Positions 35,536 to 48,930 of a DNA stretch of 64,000 nt are shown here, piece by piece. The number at the start of each line of letters is the position of its first letter. Positions within the stretch are counted from its first letter, which is position 1. The stretch is from Octopus vulgaris. Lineage: Eukaryota. The stretch is taken from NCBI GenBank assembly GCA_951406725.2, contig OX597835.1:6262001-6326000 (forward strand), in the 5' to 3' direction. A model generated the notes under the pieces. The model saw only the letters and a program-made list of their open reading frames with translations. It made no database searches and was not told the origin of the DNA. Made by a program: the position numbers and the translations under genes.

Positions 35536-36742
35536 CTTGCAAAAACAAACAAAGGAAAAGATTGGATTTGTTTACAGTTTTTTTAACATTTTTTTCAAAA
35601 TTCAGTGTAATAATATTGGGGACTGTTGTTGTTGTTGTTGTTGTTATTGTTGTTTACCTACAGGGCAGCCCTAATCAAGCAGACCTGAACGCCATGCAAA
35701 AGCATCCGTGCAGCAACATGCAAAAGTGCTCTCATGTGGCATCACGTAAAAGTGCCCATGTGGTGCCATGTAAAAACGATCATGGAGTGCTACATAAAAG
35801 CACTCATGAGGTATCACATAAAAGCATCCATGTAGCCACATGTGAAAGTGCCTGTGTGGTGTCATGCAAAAGCACCTGTGCAGTGTAAGACCACCCAAGA
35901 CACTCTGTAAAGTGGTTGGCATGTTAGGAAGGGCATCCAACTGTAGGAACCATGCCAAATCAGACTGGAGTCTTGTGCAGCTCCCCCCAGCTTACCAGCT
36001 CTGGTCAAACCTTCCAACCCATGCCAGCATGGACAACAGATATTAAATGATGCTGATGATGATGATGATATATTTGTTGTGCAAGATTTTTTATGTGAAG
36101 TCGTGTGTTGAAACAAATATTGTTATATTTCGGAATGGTCATTTTGCCAGTTTAGCCAATAAAAACACACGCACTATATGGAAGCACTCCGTCGGTTACG
36201 ACGATGAGGGTTCCGGTTGATCCGAATCAACGGAACAGCCTGCTCGTGAAATTAACATGCAAGTGGCTGAGCACTCCACAGACACGTGTACCCTTAACGT
36301 AGTTCTTGGGGATATTCAGCGTGACACAGAGAGTGACAAGGCCGGCCCTTTGAAATACAGGTACAACAGAAACAGGAAGTAAGAGTGAGAGAAGGTTGTG
36401 GTGAAAGAGTACAGCAGGGATCACCACCATCCCCTGCCGGAGCCTCATGGAGCTTTTAGGTGTTTTCGCTCAATAAACACTTACAACGCCCAGTCTGGGA
36501 ATCGAAACCGCGATCCTATGACTGCGAGTCCGCTGCCCTAACCACTGGGCCATTGCGCCTCCACAGGAAACAGATATAGCAACATACAGATTGAATTAGA
36601 CTGAATGGGGTTATAAGCAATAAGTTGGGATGGGGGACAGAGGGATAGACAGACAAATTTTGAGTAAAAAAAGAGAGACAGATAGGTAGACAGCTAGATA
36701 ATAAAATGACATCACTATCTATATACGTATATATGAAAAAGG

Positions 36743-36778
<36 letters not shown>

Positions 36779-36850
36779 GAAAAGACAGACGGACAGAAAG
36801 AGACAAGACTGAGTTTCAGGAAGGCCCCTGACTTTTAGAAACTGACTTAC

Positions 36851-36948
36851 TTTTCTACTTCAGATAAGGAAGCCTTCAGCAGCTGCTGTGTCATTTCGTA
36901 GTTAAGGTATCTGTAAGCCTGCCAGGTTTTAGCAATTTGTACTTCGCT
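36851..36948 (-). CDS. CABCOCO1: CABCOCO1-like exon 2
   Basis: Long polypyrimidine tract then AAG acceptor; SEVQIAKTWQAYRYLNYEMTQQLLKASLSEVE; donor GTAAGT; 98 nt, phase 0 to 2. Confidence 0.8.
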
Positions 36949-37410
36949 CTTTGCAGAAGAAGCAGAACAGAAAAGAGAAGAAATAATCAATGAGAAAATA
37001 CTTCACAAAGTTTTGCCATTAAAGCCTGCAACGACGTAAAGAGCTCCTTAGCCATATACATACACACAAACATACATACATACATACATACATACATACA
37101 TACATACATACAAACATACATACATACATACATACATACATGCATACATGCATACATACATACATACATACACACAAACATACATACATACATACATACA
37201 TACATACAAGCATGCATGCATACATACATACATACATACACACAAACATACATACATACATACATACATACATACAAGCATGCATGCATACATGAATACA
37301 TACATACGTACAGATATACATGCATACATACATACATACATACATACACACATACATACATACATACATGCAAACTCATACATACATACATACATACATA
37401 CATACATACA

Positions 37411-37900
37411 TGGTTATCGAGTATGGCCATTGCACGAAGCTTAATCAATGTTGTTATTGTGCAATGCCTGTGCAAGAAGATTTTTTTTTAAAGTGAGGAA
37501 AGGCTGTGCACTGAGTCAATCCCACTCACTAAGCAACAGCAGCCATAATCCGAAAAGAAGAACAAGTCAACATCATCGGTAACCACTGAGCTGCAGGTTT
37601 TATGTCAGAGTTATCCCAGTTACCTGAGTTACCTTCTCCTAGAAGGATGCCCTAACAAAGGCTGGGAGTCCTTCACTCCCAATGGTTTAACCGCGCGATC
37701 GGGTATTCGGTCCGATTATTTCTATGTCCCCACGCGTGATATAGCCTTAAGACATTTATTGGATGGTTGTTGACTCTCAAGAGTTCCTCCGCCCTTTGAC
37801 GGGTTTTGTTTTTCATCTCGCATGGGTGTCCAATAAAGACCCTCCTCACCAAGCAAGCTTGGTGGGGTTGCCGGTTTAGTCGCTGACAACCTGACCATGC
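37411..37900 (-). mobile_element. Non-autonomous RTE-derived retroposon, apparently with a (TATG)n tail
   Basis: Contains ...CTAGGAGAAGGTAACTC..., resembling RTE 5' UTRs as I recall them; structured 5' end; 3' end runs into the (CATA)n array at 37055-37410. Confidence 0.5.
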
Positions 37901-37922
37901 AACATACATACATACAGACATA

Positions 37923-38141
37923 AAAGGGTGTGCTGAAAAGTTCTTGGCTTTGGGTAAGAGAAAAAAACAGGAGGATCCATTAATTATGATTTTATTCAAC
38001 ATATTTCCCCTCCTCTCAGATTCACACACTTAATGCAGTGGTCCTTCAGTTTTTCTAATCCCTGTAAAAAAAACTCGGAAGATTTGGCCTCCAACCAAAC
38101 ATTTTGTAATACTCTTAAACCAGGCACTTTTCAACACCTCT
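37923..38141. mobile_element. Mariner-type MITE
   Basis: Inverted termini GGTGTGCTGAAAAGTTC / CACTTTTCAACACC; a second copy at about 55959-56540 is split by a family A SINE. Confidence 0.65.
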
Positions 38142-39423
38142 CATCTGTGTATAGACTTTTTTTTAAAAACATTTTTGGATCCCTAATTTTGGATCCCTAA
38201 TTCCATGTCTTTTTCACTCCCATGTGATAGAGATATCCATTCCTAAACTCTGCAAATCTCTCGCTCTCTCCCCCTCCCCATCCTCTTTTGTCCACTTCCT
38301 CTCCTTTTCTCTACTTCTCTCTCTCTCTCTCTTTGCCTACCTGCTACTCTCTCTCTCTCTTGCCTTCATTTACCCACCTTTTCTGTTCTTCTATCCATAG
38401 TCTCTCTCTCTCTCTCATGTTCACTTTGTACCTTGAAGGTATACCTATTTCTTTACTACCCACAAGGGGCTAAACACAGAGAGGACAAACAAGGACAGAC
38501 AAGCGGATTAAGTCGATTACATCGACCCCAGTGTGTAACTGGTACTTAATTTATCGACCCCGAAAGGATGAAAGGCAAAGTCGACCTCAGCGGGATTTTA
38601 ACTCAGAATGTAACAGCAGATGAAATACCTATTTCTTTACTACCCACAAGGGGCTAAACACAGAGGGGACAAACATGGACAGACATAGGTATTAAGTCGA
38701 TTACATCGACCCCAGTGCGTAACTGGTACTTAATTTATCGACCCCGAAAGGATGAAAGGCAAAGTCGACCTCAGCGGAATTTGAACTCAGAACGTAACAG
38801 CAGATGAAATACCTATTTCTTTACTACCCACAAGGGGCTAAACACAGAGAGGACAAACAAAGACAGACAAATGGATTAAGTCGATTACATCGACCCCAGT
38901 GCGTAACTGGTACTTAATTTATCGACCCCGAAAGGATGAAAGGCGAAGTCGACCTCGGCGGGATTTGAACTCAGAACGTAACAGCAGACGAAATACCGCT
39001 AAGCATTTCGCCCGGCGTATTAACGCTTCTGCCAGCTCGCCACCTTATCGTATACCTTGAAAGTATACCATCACCATCTCTCTCTCACATTCTCCCTTTT
39101 TCCCAACAGCAGAAGCTAGGTGTCCACCTCTTCAGCAACAAGAATGTCCTTCGGCCATACTATACTCTCCCCAGTCAAGAAGGGTCCTGTCTTATGAATA
39201 CTTGGCAACCTCACTAGTGCTGGTGTTACAAAGAGAAAGGCACTCGGTGTGCTGTACGGTGGTTGGCGTTGGGAAGGATATTCATCTGTAGGGACCATGC
39301 CAGAGCAGGCGTTGGCAGCACTTGACACACCCCCTCTGGTTCATTGGTTCCTGTTGAATCATCCAACCTATACCAACATGGCAAATGGGACATCAAATGA
39401 AGAGGAGGGGACAAGAGGAGAAA

Positions 39424-39450
39424 GATGATGGTAAGGATGATGATGATGAA

Positions 39451-39484
<34 letters not shown>

Positions 39485-39912
39485 GATGATGATGATAGTG
39501 ATGATGATGGTGGTGGTGATGAGGAAGATGATGATAATGATGAAGACAATGATGATGATGATGATGGTGATGAGGAGGAGGAAGATGATAATGATGAAGA
39601 TGATGATGATAGTGATGATGATGAGGAAGATGATGATAATGATGAAGATGATGAAGATGAAGATGAAGAGGAGGTGGAGGATGGTGGTGATGATGATGAG
39701 GAAGATGATGATAATGAAGATAAAGATGGTGATGGTGATGAGGAAGATGATGATAATGATGAAGATGATGAAGAAGATGAAGAGGAAGCTGATGGGGATG
39801 AGGATGAGGATGATGAAGACGAGGAAGATTATGAGGATGATGATGATGATGAGGAGGAAAATGAGGAGGAGGCAGAGGAGGAAGAGGAGGAAGTGGAGGA
39901 AAAGGAGGAGGA
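39424..39912. repeat. (GAT)/(GAG)/(GAA) trinucleotide tract in CABCOCO1 intron 1
   Basis: Visible; extends the (GAT)n tail of an old family C copy at about 39170-39400. Confidence 0.9.
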
Positions 39913-40645
39913 TCGCATACACATATATATATATACATAATATATGTACACACACACACACATCGATAATATTTAATTGACTCCTTGAAATGACATAAAG
40001 AAAGTTAATCCGGGTGGAGTTTAAACTTGAAATACCCAAGAGATGATGGGAAAGGAAGAGCTGAACGAATGAAGAGAAATTCGTTGCAAAAGTTGGATGA
40101 GTTGGTTATGCCATAAGGTGAAGAGGAATGTCTTTGGGGACAGTCCTTTGTCCGAGAGAAAGAGAAGAAGAGGAAGGTGGAGAGAAAGGAAGAGATAGAA
40201 GATGAGGAGAGAGAGAGAGAGGCAAGCAAGTAAAGAGAGAAAGGAGAGTTGGAGAGAAGAAGAGTGAGTGAACAAGAGATGATGAGGAGGTGGGGAGAAA
40301 GAGAGAGAGAGAGAGAGAGAGATTTGCAGAGTTTAGGAATAGATATCCCCATCTCGTGGGAGTCGAAAAGATCACGGAATTAGGAATCCAAAAATGCTTT
40401 TTAAAAAAAATTGGAAATTTTGCGAAAGAAAAGTTTTTGTTTTGTTTTTTTTTTACTATCGTATGACACACATAGGCGCAGGAGTGGCTGTGTGGTAAGT
40501 AGCTTGCTTACCAACCACATGGTTCCGGGTTCACTCCCACTGCATGGCATCTTGGGCAAGTGTCTTCTACTATAGCCTCGGGCCGACCAGAGCCTTGTGA
40601 GTGGATTTGGTAGACGGAAACCGAAAGAAGCCCGTCGTAAATGTG

Positions 40646-40676
<31 letters not shown>

Positions 40677-41247
40677 TTGTGTGTCTGCGTTTGTCCCCCT
40701 AGCATTGCTTGACAACCGATGCTGGTGTGTATACGTCCCCGTCACTTAGCGGTTCGGCAAAAAGAGACCGATAGAATAAGTACTGGGCTTACAAAAAGAA
40801 TAAGTCCCGGGGTCGATTTGCTCGATTAAAAAGGTGGTGCTCCAGCATGGCCGCAGTCAAATGACTGAAACAAGTAAAACAGTAAAAGAGTAAAGAGTAC
40901 AGGAATACTAAAAAAAAAAAATAAGTAAATAAATAAGTAAACACAATTTAATTTCGTGTCCTTTTCTGTCCCCCATAAGGTAGGGGATAGCTATTCCAAA
41001 ATTTCGTTTTTTTTTTTTTGTTTTTTTTTTTTTTCGTCTGTCAAAGAATCCCAAAATGTCCGATTCTTCATCGATTCTTCATCGATTCTTCATCGATTCT
41101 CACCGCCGCATCCAACGTCCCGAACTTTTTGTACATTATTTTTTTAGGCCAACACTCATCACCATTAGTTTACTAATTAATTATCAATTAATCATTTACT
41201 TAATCATTTACTAATTAGCTATTAATTAAGTGGATTTCGTTACTCAC

Positions 41248-41355
41248 TTCATTAATCTTGGTCGAATCTTTCTTGACCGAAGTCGAAATGGAAGATGCAC
41301 TTAATCCCAGTCTGTTGCTTTTCTTATCTCGGCCAGAAGTCCTCTTCGAAGACAT
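41248..41355 (-). CDS. CABCOCO1: CABCOCO1 (C10orf107)-like ciliary protein, coding exon 1 of 8
   Basis: ATG at 41355; MSSKRTSGRDKKSNRLGLSASSISTSVKKDSTKINE; donor GTGAGT in phase 0, matching exon 2. This N-terminal exon is assigned from phase and position, not homology. Confidence 0.7.
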
Positions 41356-41449
41356 ATCTCAACAAATTGTCTCTTTCGCCAATGTTGTGTTCTTATATTC
41401 GTTGTTCTTGAAGTTACTGATGTTGTTGTTCTTGGTGTTGTTATTTTTT

Positions 41450-41566
41450 GTTGCTATGGTTTCAGCACCGGGTTGTCCATTCACTGCAGACCTGTGTTTT
41501 GTCGGGGTGGGATTTAAATAAATACAAGAACGCTTGAGGGACTCAAGGGAGGTAACTCTAGACAAC
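41450..41566 (-). promoter_or_regulatory. Putative CABCOCO1 promoter with RFX X-box-like sites
   Basis: GTTGCTATGGTTTC (41450-41463) and GTAACTCTAGACAAC (41552-41566) resemble RFX X-boxes; a minus-strand TATTTAAA lies at about 41513-41520; all 95-210 bp upstream of the ATG of a ciliary gene. Confidence 0.45.
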
Positions 41567-42448
41567 AAGCTTGGCTAAGGGAGGTGACTCTGGAAGATTA
41601 TTGATTTATTGTACAAGAGAATAAAAAATAGTATAAAACACTCCAAATAGGAAGAAATTCGAGGAGAGAACATGGTGGAGGATCTCCGTCGTTCAACGAT
41701 GAAGATTCATTTATTCATTTGCTCAATCAAGTGAAATTCCTGCTCTTGAATTAATGTGTGAGTTTTCCACAGATACGTAGGCGCAGGAGTGGCTGTGTGG
41801 TAAGTAGCTTGCTAAACAACCACATGGTTCCGGGTTCAGTTCTACTGCGTGGCACCTCGGGCAAGTGTCTTCTACTATAGCCTTGGGCCGACCAAAGCCT
41901 TGTGAGTGGATTTGGTAGACGGAAACTGAAAGAAGCCCGTCGTATATATGTACATATATATATATATGCGTATGTGTGTTTGTGTGTCTGTGTTTGTCCC
42001 CCTAGCATTGCTTGACAACCGATGCTGGTGTGTTTATGTCCCCGTTACTTAGCGGTTCGGCAAAAGAGTTCGATAGAATAAATACTGGGCTTACAAAGAA
42101 TAAGTCCCGGGGTTGAGTTGCTCGATTAAAGGCGGTGCTCCAGCATGGCCGCAGTCAAATGACTGAAACAAGTAAAAGAGTAAAGAGAGAGAGAGAAACA
42201 GAGGGAGGGAAAGAGAAAGAAAGAGAGAACTTTTCTTTTTAATCTGTCTCTGTAATATTGATTATAGATTTTGGCACAAGGCCAGCAATTTCGGGAGACT
42301 GGGTAAGTTGACCCCACTGCTCGACTGATGCTTATTTTATCGACCCCGTAAGAATCGCCGACAAAGTTGACCTCGGCGATATTGGAACTCAGAATGTAAA
42401 GACAGACGAAATGCCACGTCTCTGTAATATCAGTATGTCTATATTTTA

Positions 42449-42481
<33 letters not shown>

Positions 42482-42934
42482 AAGAAAGATTAAAAGTTTA
42501 TAGGTTTTATTCAAAAACACGTTATATTAGCAAGAAGCAGAATCGGAATTGCTGTGAGGTGAAGAAGTCCTGAATATCTACCATGACCACAGAAAGGAGG
42601 TAGGATTAAACATGACTGGATCGACACCCTTTGTAAACTGATTTGGCTGCTGTTTCAAGCAGGTCAAGTTACCACATAGAATGCCCCGTGGTAAATGTCA
42701 GTAGGCGTCAAACAAATGTGTAAAAAGAAGCATTGTAAAAAGAGAAGCAGAATTGTCAGATGTCAAAAGAGAAGCAAATTAGTTCGTTGGGATACGAAAT
42801 GTCAGGATTAGTACAGCTTCTGTAAACCAAATCCTCTGGAGACCTGCCCCTGTATGTTAGCAACCCATATTCTTGCCTTAAAGAAATTAGGTGACAACAG
42901 TGCTGTTGCTCCCAACATCGCAACTCTTCCAACC

Positions 42935-43085
42935 ATGTCTGGCATCCAAATTCTCAACCAAAACTATCCTCTTATGGATTCCATCAATTCTCATCTCTTG
43001 GATTGGTAGATTCCTATCAGATCACGTTATCACAGTTCTTTCTGTTTCCGTTCTCTACAAAATCTGGTGTACCCCAAGGTTTATC
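42935..43085 (+). mobile_element. LINE reverse-transcriptase fragment (CR1/Jockey-like)
   Basis: Frameshifted VWHPN..KLSSYGFH..ISWIGRFLSD..ITV..KSGVPQG. Confidence 0.7.
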
Positions 43086-44200
43086 TGTCACCCCATTTTT
43101 TGTAAAAGACACTTGTCAAGGTACCACATAGTGGGATTGAACCCGAAACCTCGTGGTTGGGAAGTATACTTCTAAAGCATACAGTCATGCCAGACTTAGA
43201 AGTCATCGTCATCATTTAATGTCTGTTGTCCTTGCTGACATGGGTTAGACAGTTTAACCAAGGGCTGGTAAACTAAGAGGCTGCACCAGACTCCAGTCTG
43301 ATTTGGTTGGATGCCCTTCCTAACGCCAATATTCAATATGTTATACAGAAACTATGAATCGAAGTGTATCATTGTACAAAACGATACACAAATGGTATTT
43401 CAAAAACATCAAAAGCAGACAAACGTACACTTAAAACATTATTGTTTTATTTGAACGGATTTCTGCACCAACATCTACACCTGTTTACTCCGACACTGCC
43501 AAACTAACAAAATATGAAAGTTGGGTCAAATCATAAGCATAATAATCCCCAACAAAAACACATGTAAAGGTCTCACCTTCATCGTGTATGCTCATCTCTA
43601 TAAACAAACAGTTACGACTTCCGATATGTCTGCACTTGATGCTTGGAATTGGCTAAAATTACATAAATTTAAATGCTTGTAACCTCTTCGTTTATTAATT
43701 TCTAGAAAAAGTAATGCGATTCTTTTCATTCGTATTCAAAACTGCATCAAAATCATATTTTTATATAATATGGTGAGATACTTCAAGCGGTTGGAAGAAA
43801 TTTATCAAAATCTAATTGTCCTGTCCATTTAACCATTTTCAAGACATTGTAGAATAGTAATTGAGGGAGATTTAGCTACAGTTTCTTAGAGGTCGAGAAA
43901 CTACATAGAGGCATTTTCTTTCTTGGTCCAAAACTGCAAATCCAATGGTGGACTACAGTAGTTAAGTGAGTCAGGACAGGAAGATAGTCCTGTAGATCAT
44001 ACTTCATCTTTCATCCAGCTACCGGTATGCCATAATAATTTAAAACTATACAAAAACAACGTTGAGAAAAGCGTAAACACTTTAAAGGATTCTCTATGAT
44101 GTTGTTCTACAAGGAGAGAAACTGCCAACAAAAACCACATTTTTTTGGAAATGTACTTGCATAGCAAGTGATTTGAGATGAGATCGTGTGCTGAAACGAA

Positions 44201-44490
44201 AACAATTGCAGCATGGAAGGTGTTTGTAAGCCATTTAAGAAACACACAAAAGACGTTCGATTTACTTCAACATTTAAGTTTAATTTGTCAAAATATTTTC
44301 GTTGCTATAAGACCGCGACCTGTTCACTGACAAAAATCCGTGCTGCAGCACGGATTTTTGTCAGTGAACAGGTCGCGGTCTTATAGCAACGAAAATATTT
44401 TGACAAATTAAACTTAAATGTTGAAGTAAATCGAACGTCTTTTGTGTGTTTCTTAAATGGCTTACAAACACCTTCCACGCTGCAATTGTT
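44201..44490. mobile_element. Spacerless 290-bp palindrome with one hammerhead motif per strand
   Basis: Centre CTG|CAG at 44345/44346; one mismatch seen in 145-bp arms; motifs at 44357-44407 (+) and 44284-44334 (-). Confidence 0.88.
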
Positions 44491-45174
44491 CACATTTTTT
44501 TGCCTTGTCAGTAATTTAAGTTTAGAATTATATCCCTTATTTATCACTTTAAGAAAAAGTCACGTCCCTTACATTCAGTTCGTATGGATTTTGTTGATGT
44601 GTTGGTAGAGTGGTTAGAAAGGCGGCGAGCTGGCAGAATCGTTAGCGCGCCGGGCGAAATGCTTAGCGGTATTTCGTCTGCCGTTACGTTCTGAGTTCAA
44701 ATTCCGCCGAGGAAAATTGTGGTGAAAGAGTACAGCAGGGATCACCACTACCCTCTGCCGGAGCCACGTGGAGCTTTAGGCGTTTCTGCTCAATAAACAC
44801 TCACAACGCCTGGTCTGGGAATCAAAACCGCGATCCTACGACTGCGAGTCCGCTGCCCTAACCACTGGGCCATTGAGCCTCCACGAATATGTATGTATGC
44901 ATCCACAAATAACTTTCTCAGCATCTTTCTTCCAGTTTCACTTACAAGCTATTTGTTGACTTGCAGAAATGTGCAGAACACTAGCTGAAAGTCCATCCAT
45001 GCACGGGGGATTGCACCCCTAACCACAGGGTCCCAAAGTTCCAAAAAAACTTCTTAACCACACAGCTATGCATCATAAAGAATTAGAGCAAACCAAGTTT
45101 ATTTAAATTTTTCAGTTTATTAAGAAAATTCACAAAAAATCTTAATGTCAAACATCAAAATAAAACAAAATAAA

Positions 45175-45359
45175 ATTATCAACAATCGTACAAACAATAA
45201 CTCTGAGCACCTTTTCAAACTCCACCCATCTAACACCCGTGGACATATTTACAAAGTCAGAAAACAGCACAGCTCCCATGACTTCAGGAAACATTTTTTC
45301 ACGCTGAGAGTTGCTGAAGCATGGAACAAACTGCCGGCATCAGTTGTTAGTTGTCGGAG
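45175..45359 (+). mobile_element. CR1-like LINE ORF2 3' fragment
   Basis: TRGHIYKVRKQHSSHDFRKHFFTLRVAEAWNKLPASVV; near-identical to the copy at 62157-62535. Confidence 0.85.
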
Positions 45360-45448
45360 AAATGATAGAATTATTAAATAAATCTTCCAAGCAAGAGAAT
45401 TAGTTCCTTCATGGGATATTTACAAAGTATCTTTCAAACCAGAATATA

Positions 45449-45659
45449 CGGGGTGTCCATAAATTCATTTGACAATTTGAGAAATTCATAAAAAGACATT
45501 TTTTTCTACTGCAGTTGTACCACTTGCAGCCAAGTTATTTTCTATGAAGATGGCGCACTGCCCATTAGGGGTTGAGTGTTTGGGAGTTTCTTGATGAAAC
45601 TTGCCCAAACCAGTGGATTAGAAGAGGCAATCCAGTTTAGATAATTTATGGACATCCTG
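45449..45659 (+). mobile_element. Internally deleted Tc1/mariner element
   Basis: TA then C(G)GGGTGTCCATAAATT ... AATTTATGGACATCCTG termini; relic EDGA.P and FLDET.PNQWIRRG transposase text. Confidence 0.75.
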
Positions 45660-45807
45660 TCTATGGTTATTCGCTTGTATAAAAACTATTCTGAGAGTAT
45701 TTTGTGTGAATGATTTAGTAGACTCTGCAATGATGAAGCTTTGAATCCCAAAGAACAGGTTTTTGTCTTGAAAGAATGATTAACCAATTAGTACAATGAT
45801 ATGGTTC

Positions 45808-46587
<780 letters not shown>

Positions 46588-47564
46588 TCAAAGACGTTGC
46601 AAAGATCGTAAGATGATTTTAGTAGAATACAATCATTTCTGAAATAACTACACCAAGATAGTTTACAATGATGGAATCTGTCTTATCTTTTGGTAAGAAA
46701 CCAACAAGTGAAATAGAGCTAAAAATAAATATATTTTTCAAAATATAATCCAGGTTTTTTTTTAATTTTGGCAGGGAAAACAATCATATCTTAATGATAA
46801 ATTCGTCCAAATGCAAAAATCATGGTGGACACATTCCACAGGGCGAAACAGAGAAAATCTGCAGTTAATCTCACAGATTAATAAAGTGATACGTGTTCTT
46901 CATAATCTCTTCTGTTGATCTTTAAAAGATGATGATGATGCATCTGAAATAAAAAATAAAAACAATTCTTTTAAGCCAATGTCAAATATTCTGAAATAAT
47001 TCTAGGCACAAGGCCTGAAATTTGAGAGGGGGTTAGTCAAATTCCTCAACTCTGGTGCTCAGTTAGTCCTTATTTTATCAAGACTGAAAGGCAAAGTCAA
47101 TTCTGGTGGCATCTGATCTCAGAATGTAAAGTTGGAAGAAGTACCACTAAACATTTTGTCTGACAAGCCAACTATTTTACCAGCTTACTACCTTAACCCT
47201 TTCGATACCAACCCGGCTCTGGGCTCTGAGTACAAATGCCTTGTTTTCATAAGCTTTGAATTAAAATCTTCCACCAAACCTTAGTTACAATTTATGTTCC
47301 TAACACTAGCTTAATGATAACTAAGTTTAATTACTAAATTCTTCGTTATATTTAAAGTAATTGAAAGAAACACAAGGCATCTCGAAATAAATACAGTAAT
47401 AGGCGCAGGAGTGGCTGTGTGGTAAGTAGCTTGTTTACCAACCACATGGTTCCGGGTTCAGTTCCACTGCGTGGCATCTTGGGCAAGTGTCTTCTGCTAT
47501 AGCCCCGGGCCGACCAATGACTTGTGAGTGGATTTGGTAGACGGAAACTGAAAGAAGCCTGTCG

Positions 47565-47599
<35 letters not shown>

Positions 47600-48286
47600 T
47601 TGTGTGTCTGTGTTTGTCCCCCTAGCATTGCTTGACAACCGATGCTGGTGTGTTTACATCCCCATCACTTAGCGGTTCGGCAAAAGAGACCGATAGAATA
47701 AGTACTGGGCTTACAAAGAATAAGTCCCGGGGTCGATTTGCTCGACTAAAGGCGGTGCTCCAGCATGGCCGCAGTCAAATGACTGAAACAAGTAAAAGAG
47801 TAATAAAAGGGTTAATAGTATTTCAGCTTCAGGCAATGAGCTGGGAGAACCATTAGCATGCCAAGCAGAATGCTTAGCAACAGTTCATCTGTCTTCACAT
47901 TCTGGGTTCAAATCCTGCTGAGGTTGACTTTGCCTTCCATCCTTTCAGGGTTAATAAAATAAGTACCAGTTAAACACTGGTGTCAATGTAATTGACTTAC
48001 CCTGTCCCTCAAAATTGCTGGCCTTGTGCCAAAATTTGAAACCAATATCATTTCACTTTAATATTATGAAATAATAGAAAAAAAAACAATACAACATAAC
48101 AAATTTACTTCAAACGCAGAGATTCAACAGTGGAAATTGTATGTTTTCATAGTGTAAAATGTAGATAAATTCTTTATCTGATCACTGCGTGGCATCTTGG
48201 GCAAGTGTCTTCTGCTATAGCCCCAGGCCGACCAATGCCTTGTGAGTGGATTTGGTAGACGGAAACTGAAAGAAGCCTGTCGTATA

Positions 48287-48321
<35 letters not shown>

Positions 48322-48712
48322 TTGTCCCCCTAGCATTGCTTGACAACCGATGCTGGTGTGTTTACGTCCTCGTCACTTAGCGGTTCAGCAAAAAGAGACC
48401 GATAGAATAAGTACTGGGCTTACAAAGAATAAGTCCAGGGGTCGATTTGCTTGACTAAAGGCAGTGCTCCAGCATGGCCACAGTCAAATGACTGAAACAA
48501 GTAAAAGAGTAACTAAATTTTACTTTTTTTCTTTGTAATTTAAGTAACATATAACTTTATGTAGAAGTATTGCTTTGGTACAACGGTAGGCTACCTGTCA
48601 TGTTTACAAAAGATGTGGGTTCGAATCTCACAAGTAGCATCAACATTTTATTACTCCTTTTATAACTTTTTGTAAAATTTATAGATTTGCAAACTACTAA
48701 GACACTCTAGAT

Positions 48713-48930
48713 CAGTGCTTTTCAACCTTTTGCAGGAGCGGAACCCCAAGAAAACATTTCACTGGCTCGAGGAACCCCTGTGCAATAATTTAATAGTCTT
48801 ATGCACACATATCTGCACAGGAGACTTAAAAATTACTGCCGATTTTAGCATTTTTGTAACTTCTTGCAGAACCCTTGGACTGTAATGGCGGAACCCTAAG
48901 GTTCCACAGAACCCTGGTTGAAAACCACTG
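48713..48930. mobile_element. hAT (Charlie/Buster-type) MITE
   Basis: Termini CAGTGCTTTTCAACC / GGTTGAAAACCACTG; exact 8-bp TSD CTCTAGAT. Confidence 0.92.

Noticed and set aside
39368-40039. Poly-Asp/Glu, poly-His and poly-Met ORFs
   Set aside because: Trinucleotide tract open in several frames inside an intron; no domain or splice support.
48570-48640. tRNA-like sequence with GGTTCGAATC
   Set aside because: No convincing cloverleaf; more likely a decayed SINE head. The same applies to all SINE heads, so no tRNA gene is called.
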